From: Thermoplasmata archaeon
GTDB lineage: Archaea > Thermoplasmatota > E2 > UBA202 > JdFR-43
Length of the DNA stretch: 64,000 nucleotides
Direction of reading: 5' to 3'
Assembly: GCA_021162815.1 (NCBI GenBank)
Contig: JAGGXW010000006.1
Location: 15,081-79,080 of the forward strand
Numbering within the stretch: the stretch's first letter is position 1; each line of letters opens with the position of its first letter. A program made the position numbers and the translations under genes. Below the pieces are notes generated by a model. That model made no database searches, was not told where the DNA came from, and saw only the letters and a list, made by a program, of their open reading frames with translations. Below are positions 18,688 through 26,993 of the stretch, piece after piece.

Positions 18688-20619
18688 TTAAGAATAGCCC
18701 CCTATGAGCAGACTGGGGTCGCCAAAGAGAACCCATTCCTCAACTGTTTTGCAGTTTACCAGATCAGCTGTATGAGGGTTATCTACCCAGTTCATATCCC
18801 AGTTTATGGAGAAATTGTTTAGATAGTCTGTCAGAGCTGTACCCCACACTGCTCCAAGGTTATGTATGCCTCCATGATTGTATACTTCAAAGAAGTGTGG
18901 TTCAAGCCATCCATCCAGATACTGTATGCAATCCGGTATTCCATCTGGCACGCTGTCGGGTATTTCATCCACGGGTCCATCACCTATGGTGCCATATCCC
19001 AGTCCTGTATTTCCTATGGCAGATATTGAGCCACCATTGGCATTGCTTACAAATCTCCAGCCCCAGCACTCAGGTGTCATTTCTCCAAGGTAATATGCCC
19101 ATATCCCTTCCTTGAATATTCTGAAGATACTCACATTGAACTGGCAATTATGACAGCCTCCAACAACCATCACAGGCAATTTCTCTCCATTGCTCAGGCT
19201 TTTTATATTTTCAAGGCTGAAATCTATCCATGTATTGAAGTCATTATGAGGATGAGTGGCCCATGAGGCAGGATTTCCATGACCACTGAAATATAGAAAG
19301 CCGCAGCCCTGTGATATTATCTCAGCCGCAGCATCTCCAGTGAAATTAATATCTCCTCCCTCCACCCATATTCGTGTGGCATCAAACCCATCCATGAAGT
19401 TCACTGCCTGCTCGTTCTCCACCTGTCCCTCTATGTAATCTGTTCCCACATCCTCATCAGGGAAGGAATCTCCTCCAATTACAATGAATTTTTTGAACCA
19501 TGGCTGATTGTGGGTGTTGTCCTCATAATTTATTATTTTATTAACCACTGTCTGCATTTCCCTTACATTTCTGCATGCAAGTCTGCCAACATACACATCC
19601 GGATACAGATCAAGCTTATCCTTATTTTTAATATTCCATTCCGCATATATTCCATTTCCATTGCTATCCCAGTTATCAAAAACTATGTTGCCATTATCAT
19701 ATTTGTAAATATCAGCGTAGTACAGATCGCTTATATAACTTGCCTCAAAACTGGAATTATCATCTAGGTGGCTATATCTCACAGGAATCCACCATGAATT
19801 GAGGAATTGATACTTCATTCCCCCAGCAAGCAATACATACTTTATTCCATATTTTTCAATTGCATCCTTTATGGCATACTTTATTTTCTCAGGCTCATCT
19901 CTTCCACTATAGCTGGAGTATATTTCTTCAGTTGTCATGAGTATTGTTTTTATTCCATGCCTCTCCTTATGTTCTATTAGAGGTTGCAATACATCCTTGA
20001 ATTTTGATGGTGCAACTATGAGCAAATCATAGCCATCACCTGCAATATTTGTATTCCCGCCTTCATATTCTATGATGATGTTCATATTTTTTGCATATTC
20101 AATTTCATTTGCTGAAGGAATATATCTAACAGGATAAATTTTTATGGTGAGGTATAAAACATGTCTGTAGCCATCAAGCCCAACTCCAACATTATACACA
20201 AACCACCTGTCAGGGTATATACTTCTGGTATAGTCTGCCCTTACCTGCATATTCCCATTCATTCCATATATTAACGCACCGATAGATGGAGCAATCTTTT
20301 TATCAATTATCATTTTATTGGACAGCACATCAGCATGAATGCTCGTTATTTTACTTCCAAGAGGCAGTATGATTGTTTTTGTCAGGTATGGAAGCACTGG
20401 TTCGTTTCTGTTTAATGTATAGCCAGTTATATTATCCATGGTCAAATAGGCGTATCTATCTCCATAATGGATAGTTGGAGTTGAAAAGCTGAAGTGAATT
20501 TTCATTTCGTTTTCTCCATTTTTTCCAAATCCTCGAATGTCGTTGCCAACCATTCCAGACATCATAGAAGCAGATATCATGATTGCTATCCCCACAAATG
20601 CAAATACAATTCTCCTCAT
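18688..20619 (-). CDS. secreted peptidase C25 (gingipain-like) family protein, paralog 2
   Basis: Matches the PF01364-like blocks (DLLIVAPSKF..LQPLIEHKE..G, IKYVLLAGG, SDLYYADIY, PDVYVGRLAC...KIINYE). Candidate catalytic SGHG and GGCHN. Signal peptide. Confidence 0.65.
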   Translation of the reverse strand: MRRIVFAFVGIAIMISASMMSGMVGNDIRGFGKNGENEMKIHFSFSTPTIHYGDRYAYLTMDNITGYTLNRNEPVLPYLTKTIILPLGSKITSIHADVLSNKMIIDKKIAPSIGALIYGMNGNMQVRADYTRSIYPDRWFVYNVGVGLDGYRHVLYLTIKIYPVRYIPSANEIEYAKNMNIIIEYEGGNTNIAGDGYDLLIVAPSKFKDVLQPLIEHKERHGIKTILMTTEEIYSSYSGRDEPEKIKYAIKDAIEKYGIKYVLLAGGMKYQFLNSWWIPVRYSHLDDNSSFEASYISDLYYADIYKYDNGNIVFDNWDSNGNGIYAEWNIKNKDKLDLYPDVYVGRLACRNVREMQTVVNKIINYEDNTHNQPWFKKFIVIGGDSFPDEDVGTDYIEGQVENEQAVNFMDGFDATRIWVEGGDINFTGDAAAEIISQGCGFLYFSGHGNPASWATHPHNDFNTWIDFSLENIKSLSNGEKLPVMVVGGCHNCQFNVSIFRIFKEGIWAYYLGEMTPECWGWRFVSNANGGSISAIGNTGLGYGTIGDGPVDEIPDSVPDGIPDCIQYLDGWLEPHFFEVYNHGGIHNLGAVWGTALTDYLNNFSINWDMNWVDNPHTADLVNCKTVEEWVLFGDPSLLIGGYS

Positions 20620-20660
20620 TTTCTCACCCCTAAGTAATCAAAAAAATATTTAAATAATTA

Positions 20661-23225
20661 TCAATCCCAGAATCGACGGGTGCGTGCATAAATAATCTCC
20701 GCCTCCAGTATCTCCCGATAAAAATCCATGCCCTTTTTCTGCGCCGCCAGAATCCTTGCCGCCGTATCGGGGCCAATGCCATGGGCGGCCATTGCTTCTA
20801 TTGCCCTTTTTCCGTGCCATGCTACAAGGGAAGCACTTTTCATTTTCCTATCCTTTGACATATTTCTCTTAACTACTGCCATCATTCTGCTGCCGCATTT
20901 CGGGCATTTGATGGGGGCCCTGTAAACTCTTGTGATGGTTTTATAACCGCAGTTCATGCACTCCATTCTTATCATGGTCTCCTCAATTCTTTTCTTAACA
21001 GCCTCCAGCATTTTTTTATCAATTCCAAAAGTGAATATCTCGCTCCTTTTCTTCTCCCGGCTCTTGGACATTGGAGAAAGGGGCTGCATAATCAGCTTTA
21101 TCTGGCCTTTCTTCAATTTTTCGATAACTTTCTTGGCATGTTCCATATCCATTCTGTCCCATATTGTTTTATCTATTGCTTCCTCAATTACAGGCGTTCT
21201 TTCAAATATTGCAACAAATCTTTTTACTGATATGCTCCTGTAATCAGCATCCTTTGAAATTACACCAAATTTTCTGGCAACCTTCACAAGTTCCCATTTA
21301 ATGGAATTGCTTCTCTTCAGTATTATGCGAAGTAAGGCATCAAGTGTTTCCTCACTGATGGAGTAAAAAATATCCTTTATAACATCAAGAGCTATTGATA
21401 GTGGCATGTTAAGATAAATTCTGTATGCGTCGCTTGTGACATCAACGCTTCCATATCTCTGGCTTACAAGAGCACCTATTAACTTTGAAAAAGTCTCATT
21501 CGTTTTTGAACCGAAATGTGTTGTAATAACAACATTTGTCCCCTCCCTCTCCAGCGTTATTACTCTGTCGGATGGAACAGCAAAGCCCTTCTCAATCTGC
21601 TTCTCTATTTCATTATATATAATCTCATCCTTTATCTTACCCTCAGCCACAAATCTGCGCAGCCTTCCAACTTCCTGAGCTATTTCGAATGGCACCGGTA
21701 TTTCCTCACCCACCCAGTCCGGTATTATGCTTGTGTTAGAAGAAGGAGAAACTTTAATTATATCATCCATCTCAACAATTTCCCATGCTCTTCCCTTCAT
21801 TATAAACCTCGTTCCAATATCACATGTTGATACAAAGCATTCATCAAGTTTTCCTATTCTTTTATTTGTTGAAATATCCACAACATTCATGCTTTTTTCA
21901 TCAGGTATCATTGAGATGTTGTCCATGAAATAAAGCCTTGTTGTCTTTCTGCTTTTTATTTTATCATCAATCCATATTACTCTGGAATGGGAAAGCTGCT
22001 TTACCACATCCATAAAAAGTTCCTTGCTTAAGTTGGAAAAGGGATACGCCCTTCTTATTATTGTATAAACTCTCTCAACTTCAATTGAACCATATTCATT
22101 TGCAATTGCAACAATCTGATTTGCCAGAACAGAAAGGGGATTTTTTCTTATTCTTATATTTTCAACATCATTTTTTGCTGCCTTTTCAGCTATAACGCAT
22201 GCTTCTGCATATTCCTCCTCATCAGATGCTATCACCATTCCTCTGGCTACTCTTCCAACCTTATGACCACTCCTCCCTATTCTCTGCACCATCCTGGCAA
22301 CCTGATGAGGAGAGTTATAATGAAGGATGAAATCAGCCCTCCCGATGTCTATACCAAGTTCGAGGCTGGAGGTGCATATGAGCGCCTTTATCTCTCCCCT
22401 CTTAAATCTCTCCTCTGCATCAATTCTTGCTTCTTTAGAGAGGGAGCCATGATGTATTTCCACTCCATCTTTTAGCATTTTTGATGCAATTATTTCAGCA
22501 GTATCCCTCGTATTGACAAAAAAGAGTGTTGATTCATGCTTTTTTATCTCCTCTCTGGCTCTTTTTATGGCATTCTCCATGGAATTCTCATAAACAACAT
22601 CTATCTTCATTTTCTTCTCTTCCATGGCATCTATTATCTCCACCTCTCTTCCTCCTCCAAGAAATTTTGCTATCTCGATAGGATTTCCAATGGTGGCAGA
22701 TAATCCTATTCTCTGGTAATCTCCTGCAATTTCATTCAATCTTTCCATGGCAACAGCAAGCTGTGCTCCTCTTTCATTGGATGCAAGTTCATGTATTTCA
22801 TCCACTATAACCCATCTGACATGCATTAGATTGCTCCTCAATTTTTTGCCGGATAACATTATCTGGAGTGTTTCAGGCGTGGTTATAAGCATATCAGGAG
22901 GATGCACAGCCTGTCTTCTTCTTTCCCCTCTGCTGGTATCCCCATGACGAACTGCTATTTTTATTCCCAGATGTCTGCCCCATTCCGACATTCTCTGCAG
23001 CATATCTCTGTTCAATGCTCTAAGGGGGGTTATATACAGTATCTTTACACCGTCTTCTCGCTTCTCAGAAAGAAAGAGATGAAATACTGGCATCATAGCT
23101 GCCTCCGTCTTTCCCATGCCTGTTGGAGCTATTATGAGACAGTTCTTCCTCTGCAATATAACAGGTATTGCCTTTTTCTGGGGCAACGTGAATTCCTTTA
23201 TATTACTGTTTTTCAGGAATTCCAT
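20661..23225 (-). CDS. Lhr-like large DEAD/DEAH-box helicase with C-terminal zinc ribbon and HhH-like tail
   Basis: Walker A APTGMGKT, DEIH box, helicase C-terminal motifs. Long C-terminal region ending in CMNCG...CPKCGS and GIGPDTAARIL. The ORF extends to 23291, but the start is probably the internal Met at 23225. Confidence 0.7.
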   Translation of the reverse strand: MEFLKNSNIKEFTLPQKKAIPVILQRKNCLIIAPTGMGKTEAAMMPVFHLFLSEKREDGVKILYITPLRALNRDMLQRMSEWGRHLGIKIAVRHGDTSRGERRRQAVHPPDMLITTPETLQIMLSGKKLRSNLMHVRWVIVDEIHELASNERGAQLAVAMERLNEIAGDYQRIGLSATIGNPIEIAKFLGGGREVEIIDAMEEKKMKIDVVYENSMENAIKRAREEIKKHESTLFFVNTRDTAEIIASKMLKDGVEIHHGSLSKEARIDAEERFKRGEIKALICTSSLELGIDIGRADFILHYNSPHQVARMVQRIGRSGHKVGRVARGMVIASDEEEYAEACVIAEKAAKNDVENIRIRKNPLSVLANQIVAIANEYGSIEVERVYTIIRRAYPFSNLSKELFMDVVKQLSHSRVIWIDDKIKSRKTTRLYFMDNISMIPDEKSMNVVDISTNKRIGKLDECFVSTCDIGTRFIMKGRAWEIVEMDDIIKVSPSSNTSIIPDWVGEEIPVPFEIAQEVGRLRRFVAEGKIKDEIIYNEIEKQIEKGFAVPSDRVITLEREGTNVVITTHFGSKTNETFSKLIGALVSQRYGSVDVTSDAYRIYLNMPLSIALDVIKDIFYSISEETLDALLRIILKRSNSIKWELVKVARKFGVISKDADYRSISVKRFVAIFERTPVIEEAIDKTIWDRMDMEHAKKVIEKLKKGQIKLIMQPLSPMSKSREKKRSEIFTFGIDKKMLEAVKKRIEETMIRMECMNCGYKTITRVYRAPIKCPKCGSRMMAVVKRNMSKDRKMKSASLVAWHGKRAIEAMAAHGIGPDTAARILAAQKKGMDFYREILEAEIIYARTRRFWD

Positions 23226-23272
23226 TATTTTTTCATGCAGCACATTTAAAAGAGCAGGTATCAAATTTAAAT

Positions 23273-24040
23273 CTATTCTTCTCCTCTGCAATTCCTTTCT
23301 TTAACTGTATTGATTAAATGGGCAGCAACACCCGCTCCAAATCCATTATCAATGTTCACAACAACTATGCCAGAAGAGCATGAATTCAACATTCCCATCA
23401 ATGCCGCAACCCCTCCCAAGCCAGTGCCATATCCAATGCTTGTAGGAACGGCAATCACGGGAGATGAAACAAAGTTTGAAACCACCGTTGGAAGCGCTCC
23501 CTCCATTCCTGCAACAACAACCACAACATTTGCATTTTCAAGTATTTCGATGTAGTCAAGTAGGCGATGCATGGATGCTATCCCAACATCATAAACTCTC
23601 TCCACATCATTTCCAAGCTCATACGCAGTCACCGCTGCCTCCTCCGCCACCCGCCTGTCGGATAGACCAGCGGCGACAATGGCTATGTAACCCTCATTTT
23701 TCTTTTGCCTTTCTCCCGATACAATCATTTCTGCATCCTCGTAATATCTGAAATCATCCATATCTCTCATATACTCATATATTTCCCTGCCAGCCCTCGT
23801 TATGAAAACCTTTCCATGCTTTTTCATAGCCTCTGCTATAGCCCTCACATCCTCCTTCTTTTTACCAGCAGCATATATCGCTTCAGGAATGTGCCTGAAT
23901 GTCATTCTGTAAATATCTATTTTGGCATCCTTTAATTTGAGATATGGAAAATGTTTCAGCTCCTTCATCGCTTCCTCAATGCCTATTTCATGATTCCACA
24001 GCTTTCTCAGAATTTCCTCCATTGTAATAAATTGGAACAT
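23273..24040 (-). CDS. PurE-like / LarB-family protein (AIR-carboxylase-related)
   Basis: C-terminal PurE-like motif VVVAGMEGALPTVV...PVIAVPTSIGYG with an N-terminal ~100-aa extension, as in LarB. Confidence 0.55.
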   Translation of the reverse strand: MFQFITMEEILRKLWNHEIGIEEAMKELKHFPYLKLKDAKIDIYRMTFRHIPEAIYAAGKKKEDVRAIAEAMKKHGKVFITRAGREIYEYMRDMDDFRYYEDAEMIVSGERQKKNEGYIAIVAAGLSDRRVAEEAAVTAYELGNDVERVYDVGIASMHRLLDYIEILENANVVVVVAGMEGALPTVVSNFVSSPVIAVPTSIGYGTGLGGVAALMGMLNSCSSGIVVVNIDNGFGAGVAAHLINTVKERNCRGEE

Positions 24041-24068
24041 TTAAATTTATAATTTTGTTTAGAAAGCA

Positions 24069-25160
24069 ATGAAAAAATATGTTGTGATTGCTCTCACACT
24101 AATAGCAGCCTTTTCCATCTCCGTTGCGTTGTTTCCCCACGAACTGTATGATGAATTCCTCTGGAAGTACATAATAGGCCCTGTAATTGCAGATGCCACA
24201 GGCCATCCTGTGAGCTATCATGGAATAACTGCCCATGAGGGATATTCCTTTGTGTCAGAGATAATATATGCAGTTTTTCTTTTGGCTGCCGTCTATATAT
24301 TATATCTATTTTTTGAAAGAATTGGAAAGACGATTGATGCAAAATTTTTCGCAGCTTCTTTGCCATTCATTCTTCTTGGCTCATTTGGAAGGATTCTTGA
24401 GGATGCAGGACTGTTTAAAGAACCTGTTTCCTTCTTTTTCATTTCTCCTCTCATCTACATTCAGATTGGTTTCTATTTTTCCTTTTCTATCGCTTTTGGC
24501 CTGTATATCAAAAAATTGAAATATTTTGTGTGCGCAGCAACGATAATTGAGGTGATTTACATAATCATCTACTCTCTTTTCAGTGGTTTTTTTGCATATC
24601 TCATTCATCCTGTAATATTCCTTCTGTTCATAATGATAGCCATATACCTGTATGCCATATCTGATAGAGATTACATCTCCTCCATGTATTCCTTTGGGTT
24701 GATATTTCTCATTATGCCTCTCCTCTCCTCCATAGCGCTGGCTGCAGGAGCATGGGGAAACGCACATATTCACATGGAGATATTCATATCCATCATAATA
24801 GCTGGGGGTGTAACTGCGTTAATATACATCATATCAAAAATTCTCAAATCAATATATCACAATGCAATAAACAGCAGCCTGATTTTCTCCCATGGATTAG
24901 ATGCCTTCACAACATACATTGCGGTATCCAATCCCTTTGGTTTCAGCATCAGTTATGGAGAAAAACATCCTCTCCCTTCATTGTTGCTATCCTTCAATGG
25001 AATATCCTATCCTACTGTAAAAATGATTGTAATACTCCTCATAATATATGGAATAGAAGAGCTAAAAAAGAATTTGAAGAATGCAATAAAATTCATGATT
25101 CTGTTTATTGGCCTCGCTCCTGGATTGAGGGATTTTCTTAGAATACTTCTCGGCATATGA
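24069..25160 (+). CDS. polytopic integral membrane protein of unknown function
   Basis: 363 aa, at least 9 hydrophobic helices, no recognisable motifs. Confidence 0.5.
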   Translation: MKKYVVIALTLIAAFSISVALFPHELYDEFLWKYIIGPVIADATGHPVSYHGITAHEGYSFVSEIIYAVFLLAAVYILYLFFERIGKTIDAKFFAASLPFILLGSFGRILEDAGLFKEPVSFFFISPLIYIQIGFYFSFSIAFGLYIKKLKYFVCAATIIEVIYIIIYSLFSGFFAYLIHPVIFLLFIMIAIYLYAISDRDYISSMYSFGLIFLIMPLLSSIALAAGAWGNAHIHMEIFISIIIAGGVTALIYIISKILKSIYHNAINSSLIFSHGLDAFTTYIAVSNPFGFSISYGEKHPLPSLLLSFNGISYPTVKMIVILLIIYGIEELKKNLKNAIKFMILFIGLAPGLRDFLRILLGI

Positions 25161-25193
25161 AAAAAATTAATTATAAAAAGATGTTTCATTCTC

Positions 25194-26993
25194 ATGAAGA
25201 TATTGTTTCTGCATGTTGATTACATTGAATACGAGGCAAAAGAGAAGGCAATAAAAGATGCCGAGGAAATAGAGGAAAAGAAAGTAAGGATGGATGATGC
25301 CCTTGTGGCATTCATTTCAGTTGAAAACAATGATTCCTACCTCCCAGGAGTTAAAGAAATAAAAGATGTCGCAGAAAAACTGTCTGTGAAAAGAATAATG
25401 TTATATCCCTATGCTCATCTTTCATCGGATCTCGCTCCTCCAGATGAAGCAATCAATATTCTGAAAAAAATGGAGGAAGAAGTGGCAGAGGAATATGAAG
25501 TTAAGAGAGCTCCTTTTGGATGGTACAAAGCATTTAAATTGAGCTGCAAGGGACATCCTCTGGCAGAACTTTCAAGAGAGGTTAAAGCAGGGGAGGAAGA
25601 AGAAAAGGAAAAGGAGGAAGTGGTATCAAAATGGTATATTCTCACTCCAGAGGGGAAGCTAATTGAGGCTGAAAAATTTGATTTTAAAGGACATGAGGAA
25701 TTGAAAAAATTTTATGAGTACGAAGCCTTCGGTAGCAGGAAAGCTGATAAAGAGCCAGCCCACATAAAATTAATGCAGGAACTGGAACTTGTAGATTATG
25801 AACCTGGTTCAGATTATGGCAATATGAGATGGTACCCCAAAGGATATCTCATAAAAAGATTGCTTGAAGATAAAGTGGAGAAGATGTGCCTTGATGCAGG
25901 CGCAATGCAGGTGGAGACGCCAATAATGTATGATGTGGCTCATCCGGCTCTTAGCAAATATCTGAAAAAATTTCCAGCAAGACAGTACAGGGTCAAAGGA
26001 GATAAGGGAAGAGAATTTTTCTTGCGATTTGCGGCATGCTTTGGCCAGTATTTGATGGCAAAGGACATGGTTATTTCATACAAAAATCTCCCGATAAGAC
26101 TTTTTGAGGTGGCAAAAGCATTCAGGAGAGAGCAACACGGAGAGGTGAGTGGAATAAAAAGGCTCAGAGCATTTACCATGCCCGATATGCATACAATATG
26201 CATGGATGAAAAGCAGGCAATGGAAGAATTCAAAAAACAGTTTGAACTTGCATTGAAATGGAAGGATATAATAAACATAGATGGAGAGGTTGCCATAAGA
26301 TTTGTTAGAGAATTTTTTGAAAGAAACAGAGAATTTGCTGTTGAATTAGCAAAACTTGTTGGAAAACCCGTACTGATAGAAATGTGGGATAAAAGATATT
26401 TCTACTTCATAATGAAATTTGAAATAAACATGAACGATTCTGTGGGAAAGGCATTTGCTTTATCGACGGTGCAGATTGATATCGAAAATCCAAAGTCCTT
26501 TGACATAACCTATGTTGATGAGGAAGGCAATAAAAAGTATCCATATCTACTTCATGCATCAATTTCAGGGGGGATAGACAGGTGTGTATGCGCACTGCTG
26601 GAGAATGAAGCAAAGAAAATGAAAAAGGGCATAAAACCAATGCTTCCATTCTGGCTATCTCCCACCCAAGTAAGATTGATACCGGTAAAGAAAGAGTATG
26701 TGAATGAGTGCATTGAACTATCTGAGAAGATAAATGCGAGAGTGGACATAGATGATAGAGATGAGAGTGTGGCAAGAAGAATAAGAGATGCTGAGAAGGA
26801 ATGGGTACCTATTATAATAGTCTATGGAGAAAAGGAGAGAGAGGGAAAAATAACTCCAAGATGCAGATTTGATTGTGGAGAGATAAAAACTATAGAGGAA
26901 CTAAACAATAAAATAGATGAATTGGCAGCAGGCTTTCCTACACGGAAGCTACCGCTTCCCAAACTCCTCAGCATGAGGGCAAGATTCAAGTGA
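25194..26993 (+). CDS. thrS: threonyl-tRNA synthetase, archaeal type with N-terminal Dtd-like editing domain
   Basis: N-terminal MKILFLHVDYIEYEAK... is the archaeal ThrRS editing-domain start, followed by a class II aaRS core and an anticodon-binding domain. 599 aa. Confidence 0.85.
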   Translation: MKILFLHVDYIEYEAKEKAIKDAEEIEEKKVRMDDALVAFISVENNDSYLPGVKEIKDVAEKLSVKRIMLYPYAHLSSDLAPPDEAINILKKMEEEVAEEYEVKRAPFGWYKAFKLSCKGHPLAELSREVKAGEEEEKEKEEVVSKWYILTPEGKLIEAEKFDFKGHEELKKFYEYEAFGSRKADKEPAHIKLMQELELVDYEPGSDYGNMRWYPKGYLIKRLLEDKVEKMCLDAGAMQVETPIMYDVAHPALSKYLKKFPARQYRVKGDKGREFFLRFAACFGQYLMAKDMVISYKNLPIRLFEVAKAFRREQHGEVSGIKRLRAFTMPDMHTICMDEKQAMEEFKKQFELALKWKDIINIDGEVAIRFVREFFERNREFAVELAKLVGKPVLIEMWDKRYFYFIMKFEINMNDSVGKAFALSTVQIDIENPKSFDITYVDEEGNKKYPYLLHASISGGIDRCVCALLENEAKKMKKGIKPMLPFWLSPTQVRLIPVKKEYVNECIELSEKINARVDIDDRDESVARRIRDAEKEWVPIIIVYGEKEREGKITPRCRFDCGEIKTIEELNNKIDELAAGFPTRKLPLPKLLSMRARFK

